This document shows positions 50,661-62,433 of a DNA stretch of 64,000 nt, piece by piece. The stretch's first letter is position 1. Each line of letters starts with the position of its first letter. The DNA lies in contig CAWJWP010000015.1 in the NCBI GenBank assembly GCA_963846495.1, positions 34,959 to 98,958 on the forward strand. The letters are read 5' to 3'. The notes under the pieces are model-generated. The model ran no database searches and had not been told where the DNA came from. It saw nothing but the letters and a program-made list of their open reading frames with translations. Source of the stretch: Thermoanaerobaculia bacterium (lineage in GTDB: Bacteria; Acidobacteriota; Thermoanaerobaculia; Multivoradales; JAIOJS01). Made by a program: the position numbers and the translations under genes.

Positions 50661-52052
50661 ATGTGCGAAGCAATTTGCGAAGCTCCCACGCCGGCGCATG
50701 AGGTGGAGTCGAGCGCGCGCTTTGTCGAGGCGTTGGGAGAGCGGATCGCGTTGCTGGCCGCGCAGATCTCGGCCGCGACCTTCGAGCTGCTGACGATGCT
50801 CCGCGAGTTCGACGAGCGCGGCGGCTGGGGCTGCGGATTCCGCTCGTGCGCGCATTGGCTCAACTGGCGGATCGGGCTCGATCTGGGCGCGGCGCGCGAG
50901 AAGGTTCGCGTGGCGCGGGCGTTGGCGGCGCTGCCGCGTCTGTCGGAGTCGATGCGGCGCGGCCAGCTCTCGTACGCCAAGGTGCGGGCGCTGACGCGGA
51001 TCGCGACCCCCGTCAACGAAGCGGAGCTGCTGACGTTCGCCCGCGCCGGAACGGCAGCTCACGTCGAGCGGCTCGTGCGCGAGATGCGGCGAGTGGACCG
51101 CATCGAAGCGAACGAGGACGAGAGGCGTCGACACGAGAGCCGCTACCTACGTGCCTATGTCGACGAGGACGGAATGGTCGTCGTCTCGGCCCGGCTGCCG
51201 CAAGAGGCGGGAGTCGCTCTGCTGCGCGCCATCGAGGCAGGAGTCGAGTCGCTGTATGGCCGGTCGCGTCGAGAGGATGGCGATTCGGCAGGTGGCGACG
51301 AGCCGACGGCCGAGCAGCGTCGCGCCGACGCACTGGGCCTCGTCGCCGAGAGTGCTCTCGCCGCCGGCCTCGATCCGGGCACGCGCGGCGACCGCTACCA
51401 GGTCGTCGTCCATGTCGACGCCGAGGCGCTCGCCTTCGACGGAGACGGCTCCGCCACCCTCGCCGATGGCACGCACGTTTCCGCGGAAACGTGCCGGCGC
51501 CTCGCCTGCGATGCGGCGGTGGTCACGGTGCGCCGCGCGGCAGACGGCCGCGTGCTCGACGTCGGGCGCCGCACCCGAGCCATTTCGCCTGCCCTTCGCC
51601 GTGCGCTGGAGCATCGCGACCGCGGCTGCCGCTTTCCTGGCTGCGGACTGAAGTTGTGCGACGCCCACCACATCCGGCACTGGGCCGAGGGCGGCGCGAC
51701 CAAGCTCACCAACACGCTGCTGCTCTGCCGCCGCCACCATCGCGCCGTGCACGAGGAAGGGTTCCGCGTCGAGCTGCTGGCGAGCGGCGAGGCACGGTTC
51801 TACAGACCCGACGGTCGGCAGCTGGCCGCGGCGCCGCGGATGCCAGCCGTCGGGCGTAAGTCTGACGACGGGCTCAGTGCGCGCCTCGCTGTGAGCGGCG
51901 TTGTCGTAAATGCCCAACGAACGCTGCCGTCGTGGGACGGCGGCGAGGTCGACTACGGCTGGGAGGTCGACTGGCTGCGGTCGCTGGACCGCGGCCGGTC
52001 GCAAACTACCTCGTTGCCGAGCGCGTCCGGCTGCGCGGCGAGAGTCCTTTGA
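50661..52052 (+). CDS. HNH endonuclease-domain protein with an N-terminal DUF222 domain (13E12-repeat-like family)
   Basis: Strong RBS AGGAGG before the ATG at 50661. A DUF222-like N-terminal region, then an HNH motif: RGCRFPGCGLKLCDAHHIRHWAEGGATKLTNTLLLCRRHHRAVHE. Confidence 0.75.
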   Translation: MCEAICEAPTPAHEVESSARFVEALGERIALLAAQISAATFELLTMLREFDERGGWGCGFRSCAHWLNWRIGLDLGAAREKVRVARALAALPRLSESMRRGQLSYAKVRALTRIATPVNEAELLTFARAGTAAHVERLVREMRRVDRIEANEDERRRHESRYLRAYVDEDGMVVVSARLPQEAGVALLRAIEAGVESLYGRSRREDGDSAGGDEPTAEQRRADALGLVAESALAAGLDPGTRGDRYQVVVHVDAEALAFDGDGSATLADGTHVSAETCRRLACDAAVVTVRRAADGRVLDVGRRTRAISPALRRALEHRDRGCRFPGCGLKLCDAHHIRHWAEGGATKLTNTLLLCRRHHRAVHEEGFRVELLASGEARFYRPDGRQLAAAPRMPAVGRKSDDGLSARLAVSGVVVNAQRTLPSWDGGEVDYGWEVDWLRSLDRGRSQTTSLPSASGCAARVL

Positions 52053-52136
52053 ACGATCAGTGGAGGACCCCGCAAGCAGCGGATCGACCCGCGGCTCGAC
52101 GCGGCGGGCTGGGTGAAGGCGGTCCCCGAAACGCGA

Positions 52137-53207
52137 CTAGCTCGGCGGCGCCGCGGCTACGATGAAACTAGCGACGGCGGTGGCGCTCGCGCCGCCGGCC
52201 TTCTCGGTCACTTGCAGCGAGGCCTGGTAGTCGCCTGGCGACAGCCCGCCGACGGGTAGTGGGATGCCGAGCCCCCACTGGCCGTCAAAGCCGCGCAGCG
52301 GCGTCGCGGTGGGAGCGTGGATCGGGTACTTCCGCGTCATCCCGCCTTCCGTGCGCTCGACGAGGAGCTCGGCGGCGAGCTCCGGCGTGGCGCCCTCGGC
52401 GAGCTGCGGTGCGCGGACGACGACGAAGAGCCAGGGGTCGTCGGTGCGGCGGAAGGTGCGGTCGCCGCGCGGCGCCACGCGCAGGCCGCCGAAGCAGAAG
52501 GGGTCGTCGGGCCGCTGCGGCACGAGGAGCGGCCGGACGTCGAGCGAGAGGATCGGCCGCGACAGCGCGAACGCTTTGCGGTCGATCGGCCGCAGCTCGA
52601 GCGGCTGCTCGACGAGCCAGCGCACTTCGCTGCCCATGGCCACGCCGACGAAAGCGCGGGCGCCGCTCGTTTCGAGCGGCAGCGCGACGTCGACGAGGGC
52701 GCGGCCAGCGGAGAGCTCGGGATCGTCGTCGACCTCGAAGCTCGTCACTACCTTGCCGGTGGCGTCGACGATCTCGCCGAAGACGGTCACCGCCTTGCCC
52801 GCCGGCAGGTCGGCGTCGCTCTCGCGGTCGAGCGCCAGGGCGAGGAAGGGCTTGCCGGTGCCGCTCAGGAACTCGCCCCAGGAGACGGTGAGGTCGCGGC
52901 GCAGGTCGCTCTTGCCGGCCCGGAAGTCGTCGAGCGCGCGCCGGTAGGCCTTCGTCTTGAGCGACCGCACGGCGGCGAGGCGCGGCGTCATCGCCAGGTC
53001 CCAGACGTGACCGCTTTGCCGCTGCAGCTCGGCGGGGGTCTTGGGAGCGCGCTCGGGCCTCTGCGCTCGCACGGCGCCGACGGCGGCGACGATCAGCGCC
53101 ACCGCGGCGACGATAGCGAGGCGAGGCCGGCGATTGGGTGCGGCTGCGGCGAACGAGCTGTGGCGTGGCACGGCGGGCACCTCCGGCGTTGGATTTCGCG
53201 CGTGCAC
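52137..53207 (-). CDS. Hypothetical secreted protein (about 355 aa)
   Basis: The lower part of ORF 52137..54305 is real-looking: signal anchor RPRLAIVAAVALIVAAVGAVRAQ, then a globular body (TPAELQRQSGHVWDLAMTPRLAAVRSLKT...). The upper 360 codons of that ORF are antisense of the 53265 gene. The start (GTG near 53207) is approximate. Confidence 0.5.
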   Translation of the reverse strand: MHARNPTPEVPAVPRHSSFAAAAPNRRPRLAIVAAVALIVAAVGAVRAQRPERAPKTPAELQRQSGHVWDLAMTPRLAAVRSLKTKAYRRALDDFRAGKSDLRRDLTVSWGEFLSGTGKPFLALALDRESDADLPAGKAVTVFGEIVDATGKVVTSFEVDDDPELSAGRALVDVALPLETSGARAFVGVAMGSEVRWLVEQPLELRPIDRKAFALSRPILSLDVRPLLVPQRPDDPFCFGGLRVAPRGDRTFRRTDDPWLFVVVRAPQLAEGATPELAAELLVERTEGGMTRKYPIHAPTATPLRGFDGQWGLGIPLPVGGLSPGDYQASLQVTEKAGGASATAVASFIVAAAPPS

Positions 53208-53264
53208 ACGATGGTAGCGCGCGCCACCGACGGCGCGTGTCGATCGCGCTAAGCTCCGGCGACC

Positions 53265-54275
53265 GTGAGCGATGCCCACAAGCCCGCCACGCCGCCGCGC
53301 CGCGCGGTGCGGCAACCGCAAGGCGCGGCGGCCGGCAAGCCGGCGGCCGGGCAAGCGACGGTTCCGGCGGGTGCCCGCACCACCGTCTCTGGCTCGCCCT
53401 CCACGACGACGCCGCCCACGAGCACGACGGCGAGCCCGGCGCTCTCCAGCTTCGCCGCCGATCTCGGTTCCGCCGGCCGCAAGGTGGTCGAGCAGGCGGT
53501 CTTCGGCAAGCGCCCCTACCTGCGCGCCGCCTTCTTCAACCCCTACAACCTGTCGCTCTTGACCGGCGGCCTCGCCGCCTCGGCGCTCACGCTCAACCCG
53601 CTGCTCGCTCTCGCGACGCTCGGCCTCGAGGCGATCTGGCTGCTCCACGCTCCCGACTCGAAGCGTCTGCGCCACCTGCTGTGGGACCCGCGCTTCGAGA
53701 AGCTGCGCAAGAGCATCGAGGCGGCCGAGCGCGCGCAGCGCATGGAGGGGCTGCCGGCACAGGCGCGGCAGCGCGTCGAAGCGCTGGTGGCGCGGCGCGA
53801 GCAGATCCAGCGCCTGGCGGCGAGCAACCCGTCCTTCACCGGCGACCTGCTGCGCGGCGAGCTGGTGAAGACCGACAAGCTCGTCGACGCCTACGTCGAG
53901 ATGGCGCTGACCTGCATGCGTTACGAGCAGTACCTGCAGAGCGTCGACGCCGCGCAGCTCGGCCGCGACCGCCACCGCTACACGCAGCTCGCCGAGGAGA
54001 AGGGCCCGCAGGCCGACATCGCCAAGAAGAACCTCGCCATCGTCGACAAGCGGATCGAGAAGATGGAAGAGATCCAGCGCTATCTGTCGGTCGCCTACGG
54101 CCAGCTCGACCTCATCGAGAACTCGTTCCAGCTCATCGCCGACCAGATCGTCACGATGCAGTCGCCGCAGGAGCTGTCGGGCCAGCTCGACGAGCTGCTC
54201 GACGGCGTCGAGGCGATCCGCGAGACGACGCGCGACACCGAGAAGCTGCTCGACTCGATCGAGAGGAAAATGTGA
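53265..54275 (+). CDS. Hypothetical membrane-anchored coiled-coil protein (336 aa)
   Basis: A Ser/Thr/Pro-rich N-terminal 60 aa, a hydrophobic hairpin (LSLLTGGLAASALTLNPLLALATLGLEAIWLL), then about 200 aa of heptad-rich helices (EKLRKSIEAAERAQRMEGL...IEKMEEIQRYLSVAYGQLDLIENSFQLIADQI...). GTG start. Confidence 0.55.
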   Translation: MSDAHKPATPPRRAVRQPQGAAAGKPAAGQATVPAGARTTVSGSPSTTTPPTSTTASPALSSFAADLGSAGRKVVEQAVFGKRPYLRAAFFNPYNLSLLTGGLAASALTLNPLLALATLGLEAIWLLHAPDSKRLRHLLWDPRFEKLRKSIEAAERAQRMEGLPAQARQRVEALVARREQIQRLAASNPSFTGDLLRGELVKTDKLVDAYVEMALTCMRYEQYLQSVDAAQLGRDRHRYTQLAEEKGPQADIAKKNLAIVDKRIEKMEEIQRYLSVAYGQLDLIENSFQLIADQIVTMQSPQELSGQLDELLDGVEAIRETTRDTEKLLDSIERKM

Positions 54276-54289
54276 TGCGGCGAGCCGGT

Positions 54290-54401
54290 GGTGCGCAGAG
54301 CGCACCCTACAGTCACGTCGAGAGCTCGTTGCGGATCGGTGCGGAGCGCCGCCTCAACGTCGCGAACCCGTTGCGAATCCGTAGGGCGCGCTCTGCGCAC
54401 C
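54290..54401. repeat. Pair of inverted REP-like units (the same family as at 46725) flanking a 70-nt spacer, between the 53265 gene and the AAA ATPase gene
   Basis: GGTGCGCAGAGCGCACCCTAC (54290-54310) and GTAGGGCGCGCTCTGCGCACC (54381-54401) are near-perfect reverse complements. The spacer contains the direct repeat CGTTGCGRATC. Confidence 0.6.
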
Positions 54402-54417
54402 ATCCGGGAGCTTCACG

Positions 54418-56262
<1,845 letters not shown>

Positions 56263-56342
56263 AGGGATACGCTGCAGTTGCAGCGCTCCTCGCAGTTAGC
56301 GCGGCGTGCTGACGCAGTCGGTAGACGATTGGATCGAGTGCT

Positions 56343-57746
56343 GTGAGTGATGCAAAGGCAAGCACGGCCCTTGTGATCCTGCCATCGCCGCTCGTGGGTC
56401 CAGCTGTCAAACTGGCGACAGCGGCGGTTGTGGTGACCCACGTCGTCGGTGGCTTTGCGCCGTTGTTTGCCCCCGGCCAAGACCCTCGGCCAGGTTTGTT
56501 ACTGGCTTGGTCAGGGCTCCTCGTCGTGCTTTCGGTTGTGGCCGTACTGGCGGACCGGAACCGACTCAGCGCGGTGGCGGTGCTGCCCATCCTGGCGGTG
56601 GTCAGTTGCTGCATTCTGTTGGTTCTGCTGCGGCCAGCCGACTGGCGCCTCGGGAGCGTCCCCTTAACGGCGACGCTTCTCGACATGCTTGCCACCGGTT
56701 TGCTGCTGGTGAGATTGCCACGTCGGGTTGAATCCGCGAATCTGATACGCAGGGCGAAGGAGTTCCACTCTGCGCTAATGCGTCCGCCAAGCGTTGGCCA
56801 GGTTTTCCCATCATCGACGTATGACCCGTTTCCGCTCGGAGACGCCGCCCTTCGGTGCTTCAACCCGCCGCAGGAAGCGAGCCGAGAGTTGCCTGACGAC
56901 TGCCTGATCACCGCCGAGGAGCTCGGCGAGAGCGCCATCGTCACGGTCGACGAGTGGCATGACCTGGCCCCCCTCTTCGGCCTCGCTGCTCAACCGGTCC
57001 AGGGCTCACTCGCGATGGCGAGGTTTCTCGACTTGACGTTGGGATATGTGGTCTGGATGCTGGTGGGGCCATTTGCCATCGGACAGACTCTCGCGACGCG
57101 CAGTCCCCGTATTCAGCAGGCGCGAAACGAGCTCGCTGCTTGTCTGGCCAGCACAATGAAGAGCGCCGCCGGCGAGATCTCTCATTCGGTCTATCTGCGG
57201 TCGTTCGACATCACCGGAAGGTTTGGACTCCAAGCGCCGCGCAGCGCGGCCCTTTCTCATCTCGATACCGAGCTCGAGGGACTACTTGCCGACGTGTTCT
57301 GGTCGTTCAACTCGTGCTTCATTGCCGTCGGACAGCCGCGCGACGACTTCGGCGCGGGTCACTTACCAGCCCCGGATGCAAACTGGCAGGAGCATGTCGA
57401 CGCTCTCGTTGCCTATGGCGATTTCATTGTCCTCGTTCCGGCCACGTCGACGGGTGTTGCCTGGGAACTGAGACTGCTCGCTCGGCGCGAGCTTTGGGAC
57501 CGAGTCCTCTTCGTCATGCCCTGGCAGCAACCAGAGCTAATGAATCCCGAGTTTTGGGCCCGTACGAGAGACGAATGCGCTGAGCTCGGACTCAAGCTAC
57601 CGGAGTACGATTCCAGGGGTGCGATGTTCGTGCGTGTGAAGGATGGCAGCCTTCAGGTCCAACGCAACCTGCGCGGTTTGGCGGAGAACGTCGGCGCATT
57701 TAAAGCCGCCGTGTTAGACCTGCTGGCGAGGACATTGGAGCATTAG
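56343..57746 (+). CDS. Hypothetical integral membrane protein (4 N-terminal TM helices + about 300-aa cytoplasmic domain); markedly lower GC (about 62%) than its surroundings
   Basis: GTG start, intact 467-aa ORF. Codon usage is enriched in T/A-ending codons (TTG, GTT, TTT, ATT), unlike the host average. No family recognised. Confidence 0.6.
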   Translation: MSDAKASTALVILPSPLVGPAVKLATAAVVVTHVVGGFAPLFAPGQDPRPGLLLAWSGLLVVLSVVAVLADRNRLSAVAVLPILAVVSCCILLVLLRPADWRLGSVPLTATLLDMLATGLLLVRLPRRVESANLIRRAKEFHSALMRPPSVGQVFPSSTYDPFPLGDAALRCFNPPQEASRELPDDCLITAEELGESAIVTVDEWHDLAPLFGLAAQPVQGSLAMARFLDLTLGYVVWMLVGPFAIGQTLATRSPRIQQARNELAACLASTMKSAAGEISHSVYLRSFDITGRFGLQAPRSAALSHLDTELEGLLADVFWSFNSCFIAVGQPRDDFGAGHLPAPDANWQEHVDALVAYGDFIVLVPATSTGVAWELRLLARRELWDRVLFVMPWQQPELMNPEFWARTRDECAELGLKLPEYDSRGAMFVRVKDGSLQVQRNLRGLAENVGAFKAAVLDLLARTLEH

Positions 57747-57799
57747 GCTCGAAACGCCGGCTGCCCACGATGGCAAGCACAGCGCCGCCAGACGGGCGC

Positions 57800-58210
57800 T
57801 CAGGCCAACGGTTTGCGTCCGCCCTGCCGCGGGATGATCAGCTCGGTGCCGGGCGGGACCGCCAGCGGATCGTCGATTTGCGAGCGGTTGGCGGCGTAGA
57901 TGAGGAGCCAGCGGCCGGGGTCGCCATAGAACCACTCGGCGATGCCGTGCAGGTTGTCGCCGCGCTGCACGGTGTAGGTCACGGATGTCGGGGTGGGGTC
58001 GCGGCGCTCCCGTTCGGGCAGCCGCGAGCCCCGGGGCACGGGGCGCCCGACGTGCTCGGTCTCTGCCGACGCCTCGCGCCGTGGCGCGGGCCGGCGTGGT
58101 GAAGACGGCGTCGCTTCCTGCGCCTGTATCCGCTGTTGCGACGCGCGATAGTGGGCGAGCGCTTCCGCTTCCCGATCGTCGATGTTCGCGCCAATATGGA
58201 GAATGCGCAT
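57800..58210 (-). CDS. LysM domain-containing protein
   Basis: C-terminal LysM: [49 protein letters not shown]. Confidence 0.7.
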   Translation of the reverse strand: MRILHIGANIDDREAEALAHYRASQQRIQAQEATPSSPRRPAPRREASAETEHVGRPVPRGSRLPERERRDPTPTSVTYTVQRGDNLHGIAEWFYGDPGRWLLIYAANRSQIDDPLAVPPGTELIIPRQGGRKPLA

Positions 58211-58408
58211 CGTGGTCTCCTTTGCGGCTGCGTGCCTTTCGCCGGAGGCGGCGTGGCACCTCGCCCGCGCGCCGCTGCGATCCCCGTGCCACGACCCGCA
58301 AAGCGTCTCGGCAGTGAGCGTTACGCGGACCCTGCTAGACGGCAGCGGCCGCCCCGGGATCGCTCCCGGAGCGGCCGCGCTCGTTCAGTCGACCGAGCGA
58401 TTCGAGGC

Positions 58409-59849
58409 TCAGTAGGCGACGGTGACGCCATCCGTCGGCGGCGCCAGGTAGGGGAAGCTCGCCAGGAACGGCTTGTCGTTCTTCACCACCGTGTCGCCGA
58501 GCTGGTTGTTGGGCGCCACGTTGAACTTGGGGTCGAGCGCGCCGGCGACGACGCGCAGGGCGATGTCGACGACGTCGTCGCCCAGGCGGCGGCCGTTGGG
58601 GAAGCCGTCCTGCTGGCCGGCGAGGAGGCCGAGGCGGTTGGGCTTGGCGCTCGGCGGCACCGCCATGTTGAGGCGCAGGTACTCGCACGGTACGCCCTTC
58701 TCGGTGAGCTTGGGCACGCCCTTGAGGAACACCTGCACGAGGTCGTTGCGCGGGGTGGCGGGCACCTTGACCTTGAACAGAGCGTTGAGCACGCCGGCGA
58801 GCTCGGGCGTCGTCACGTAGCTCAGGAACTGGCCGTCGTCCTTGGGCGAGCTCCCGTTGAAGATGTCCTTCTGCCCGCGCGGGATGACGACCTCGTTGAC
58901 GAGCGGCATGCCGAGACGCGAGACCTGCACGAAGTCGCCCGACGCCTCGCGCTTGCCGGCGGAGAGAGTCCAGGTCTTGGCGCGGCTCGCCGTCGTCCAC
59001 ACGCCGATCATGGCGCCGGGGTCGTCGACCGGCACCGGCCAGGCGGTGGTCGCCGCCTTGCCGCCGGCGCCCATGAGCAGCGGGATCGGTATCTGCAGCG
59101 CGATCGAGTGGACGTTGAAGTTGCGCAGGTGGTCGGGCGCCTTGCCGGCGTCCTCGTCGCGGCCGCCGGGCAGCACCGGGTCGACGTTGAGCAGGTCGAA
59201 GGTGCGGCCGAGGTTGATGAAGAACGGGTCGTCGCGCGGGCCGGCGAAGACGCGCACGCCCTCCTTGACGTCGCGCACCGCCGCCGCCGCCAGCGGGCCG
59301 TAGTCGGGGATCGACTTGGGGCCGACGTTGTTCGGCGCTACCGGCAGGTATTCGCCGAGCAGCAGCGCCTGCTTCTCGCCCGCCTTCTGCGGCCCGCGCA
59401 CGAGGTAGAGGCGGTAGTACTGGTAGACGTTGAGGCCGGCGTACGGCTTCTTGGCGCCGCTGCGCGACGGTGATCGGGCCGGTGTTGTAGAGGAACGTCT
59501 TCTCGTTCGCCGTCTCGGTGCGGAACTGGAAGAGGAAGGTGAGGTCCTCGGCGGCGTCGCCGTTGTTGTCGACGTGGATCTCGTATTGCGCCGCCGGCCA
59601 GTCGGCGAAGGCGAAGAAGTTCGGCCCGCCGTAGGGCGCCTCGAGCGGCACGTAGTTGGCGATCAGCGTCACCGTGTTGGTGCGGTCGGGGCTGACGAAG
59701 GCGTAGAGGTCGGTGGCGTCGATCGCCGGGTCGGCGGCGATGCCGGGGGCCTCGCGGTGGCTCGACGCCAGCAGCGGCCCGCCGGCGGCGGCGAGCAAAG
59801 CGGCGGCGCAGAGCGCGAGGGGAGAGCGACTGGAACGAAACATTTTCAT
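58409..59849 (-). CDS. DUF4331 family secreted protein; frameshift at about 59450-59480
   Basis: N-terminus MKMFRSSRSPLALCAAALLAAAGGPLLASSHREAPGIAADP (DUF4331 SSHREAP signature) from ORF 58335..60971, preceded by GGAGGA. C-terminal 330 aa from ORF 58409..59401. Confidence 0.65.
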
Positions 59850-60003
59850 CCTCCTGGCGTCGGCGATTTTCGGTCGGTCGCGCCGCGCGGTGAGGAGCGC
59901 GGCGGCGGCGTGTGTGCGATGCAGGTGTCCTGCACCAGCGACTACGAGATCGACGCGAGGTTGGATGAGCGCGGTGCGGTGTGCGGCGTGGCAGCGTGGC
60001 GAC

Positions 60004-61023
60004 TCAGCGCTGCGGCAGCTGCGACATCTCGAGCGCGCGGCGGTAGAGCCCGCGCGCTTCCTGCAGCTGGCCGGCGAGGAGTCGCTCGCGGGCGAGCCGC
60101 AGCGCGGCGAGCGAGTCGAGGCGTGCGAGCTCCGCGGCGGTGGCGAGCAGATCGGCGGCCTCGCGGCCGCGTCCGCGCAGCACGAGGAGGGCGGCGAGGT
60201 TGCGATAGGCGGCGCCCGCCGCCGGGTCGAGCTCGAGCGCGCGCTGGTAGGCGGCGTCGGCGGCCTCGAAGTCGCCGGCGCGGCGCAGCGCCACGCCGAG
60301 GTTGATCCACGTCGAGGGCAGCGCCAGCGGCTCGAGCTCGGCGGCCGTGCGCAGCCACGCCGCGGCGTCGGCAGCGCGGCCGTCGAGCAGCATCTCGATG
60401 CCGCGGTTGGAGTAGTAGACGGCGATGGCGGTGAGGTCGTCGATCGGCCGCGCCCGCAGGCGGCGGCCGTCGCTCTCGCCGCCGAGGTCGAAGACGAGCA
60501 TGTCGCCGGCGGCGCCCCAGGCGGCGGCGAGGTGCCCCTCGCGAACCGCGAGCCCGTCGTCGGGACGGAGCCGAGCGCGGGCGCCGGGCAGCTCCTCGAC
60601 GAGCGCGAAGTAGGTGGCGACGCCGAGCTCGCGCGAGAGGGCGACGAAGAGGTTGGCGTAGCCGACGCAGTTGGCGCGGCGGTCGCGGAAGACTTCGCCG
60701 GCGGTGAGCGTGCGCTCCAGGTCCTCCGCGATCGGCCGAGCGCCGGCAGGGGAGAGGAGGCGCGAGAGGCGGCGGAGCTTCTCGACCGGCGAGAGGTGGG
60801 CGGGCACGGCCCGGCGCACCCAGCCGGCCGCATCGCTCTCGACCGCGAACGGCACGATGACCGAGGAGGAGGAGGGCTGCGCCGGGTCTTGGCCGCGGGC
60901 GGGAGCGGCCGACCAGACGCGGCCATGAGGGCCGCGAGGGCGATGGCGCTGGCGGTGGGGCGCAGGGGCAATCCTGACTTCCTTCTCGCTTCGGCGATGC
61001 GCTGGTGGTAATCTATCTACCAA
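60004..61023 (-). CDS. Transglutaminase-like cysteine-protease-fold domain followed by TPR repeats
   Basis: RRANCVGYANLFVALSRELGVATYF (a Cys in transglutaminase-core-like context) and C-terminal TPR-like repeats (AYQRALELDPAAGAAYRNLAALLVLRGRGREAADLL...). The N-terminal 40 aa are Arg-rich and the start is uncertain (TTG at 61023 as called by the ORF track). Confidence 0.5.
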   Translation of the reverse strand: MVDRLPPAHRRSEKEVRIAPAPHRQRHRPRGPHGRVWSAAPARGQDPAQPSSSSVIVPFAVESDAAGWVRRAVPAHLSPVEKLRRLSRLLSPAGARPIAEDLERTLTAGEVFRDRRANCVGYANLFVALSRELGVATYFALVEELPGARARLRPDDGLAVREGHLAAAWGAAGDMLVFDLGGESDGRRLRARPIDDLTAIAVYYSNRGIEMLLDGRAADAAAWLRTAAELEPLALPSTWINLGVALRRAGDFEAADAAYQRALELDPAAGAAYRNLAALLVLRGRGREAADLLATAAELARLDSLAALRLARERLLAGQLQEARGLYRRALEMSQLPQR

Positions 61024-61034
61024 TAGGTAGACAC
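61013..61034. promoter_or_regulatory. Putative TetR operator: perfect palindrome TCTACC-AATA-GGTAGA
   Basis: At 61016-61031, about 90 nt upstream of the tetR ATG and within the divergent intergenic region. Confidence 0.5.
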
Positions 61035-61123
61035 GTCAAGCCCCTGCGTTGACGTGGCTTCCGAAGCGACCTCCCCGAGCCGCCGCTCTCTGCGCTGACC
61101 GCCCAAAGCTACAATCCACCCCG

Positions 61124-61840
61124 ATGTCCGCCGACCCGAGACCTACCGACGCCCCAACGCCTGCAGCCGCCGTCCTCGACCACGCGGGCGAGGTCGAGCT
61201 CGCTGCCACGCTGGGGTCGTCCAACCTTGGCGGTGCTTCCGACGCCGCCGAGACCCGCGAGCGCATCCTCCACCTCGCCAAGGACATCCTGCTGCGGCGG
61301 AGCTTCCACTCCTTCAGCTACCAAGACCTCGCCGACGGCATCGGCATCCGCAAGGCCTCGATCCACTACCACTTCCCGAGCAAGGAAGACCTCGGCGTGG
61401 CGTTGATCGAGCGCATCGGCGCGACGATGACGCGCTGGGCGAGCGAGCTGAAGCAGAGCCACGTGCCGCCGGAGGAGAAGCTCGCCGCCTTCTTCCGCGT
61501 CATGCGCAGCCTGCTCGAGCAAGACGACAAGATCTGCGTCTTCGGCGTCCTCGGCGCCGAGTTCAACGCCCTGCCGCCGCGCATGCAGGCGGCCTACGGC
61601 GAGCTGCTCGAGGCGCAGCAGAAGTGGCTGGCGCGCGTCCTCGAGCGCGGCCGCGAGCGCGGCGTCTTCAACCTCGCCGGCACGCCCGAGGAAGAGGCGC
61701 TCATCGTCTCCTCGACGGTGCAGGGTGCGCTGCAGCTCGCGCGAGCGAGCCGCCGGCCCGAGCGCTTCGACCTCGTCGTCGGTTCGCTGCTGGCACGGTT
61801 ACGGCCAGCGGCCGCGCCAGCCGCGACGCCCGCTTCTTGA
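61124..61840 (+). CDS. TetR/AcrR family transcriptional regulator
   Basis: HTH: RERILHLAKDILLRRSFHSFSYQDLADGIGIRKASIHYHFPSKEDL. Confidence 0.8.
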   Translation: MSADPRPTDAPTPAAAVLDHAGEVELAATLGSSNLGGASDAAETRERILHLAKDILLRRSFHSFSYQDLADGIGIRKASIHYHFPSKEDLGVALIERIGATMTRWASELKQSHVPPEEKLAAFFRVMRSLLEQDDKICVFGVLGAEFNALPPRMQAAYGELLEAQQKWLARVLERGRERGVFNLAGTPEEEALIVSSTVQGALQLARASRRPERFDLVVGSLLARLRPAAAPAATPAS

Positions 61841-61870
61841 GCCGCTGCGCACCCTACCTGCGCTCGCGTC

Positions 61871-62431
<561 letters not shown>

Positions 62432-62433
62432 GA

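Noticed and set aside
52317-53252. 311-aa plus-strand ORF (and the N-terminal 360 codons of minus ORF 52137..54305)
   Set aside because: Antisense of the secreted-protein gene and of the coiled-coil gene respectively. No protein-like composition.
58335-60971. 878-aa minus-strand ORF
   Set aside because: Mostly an out-of-frame read. Only the segment encoding the DUF4331 N-terminus (about 59470-59849) is real and is merged into the DUF4331 feature.
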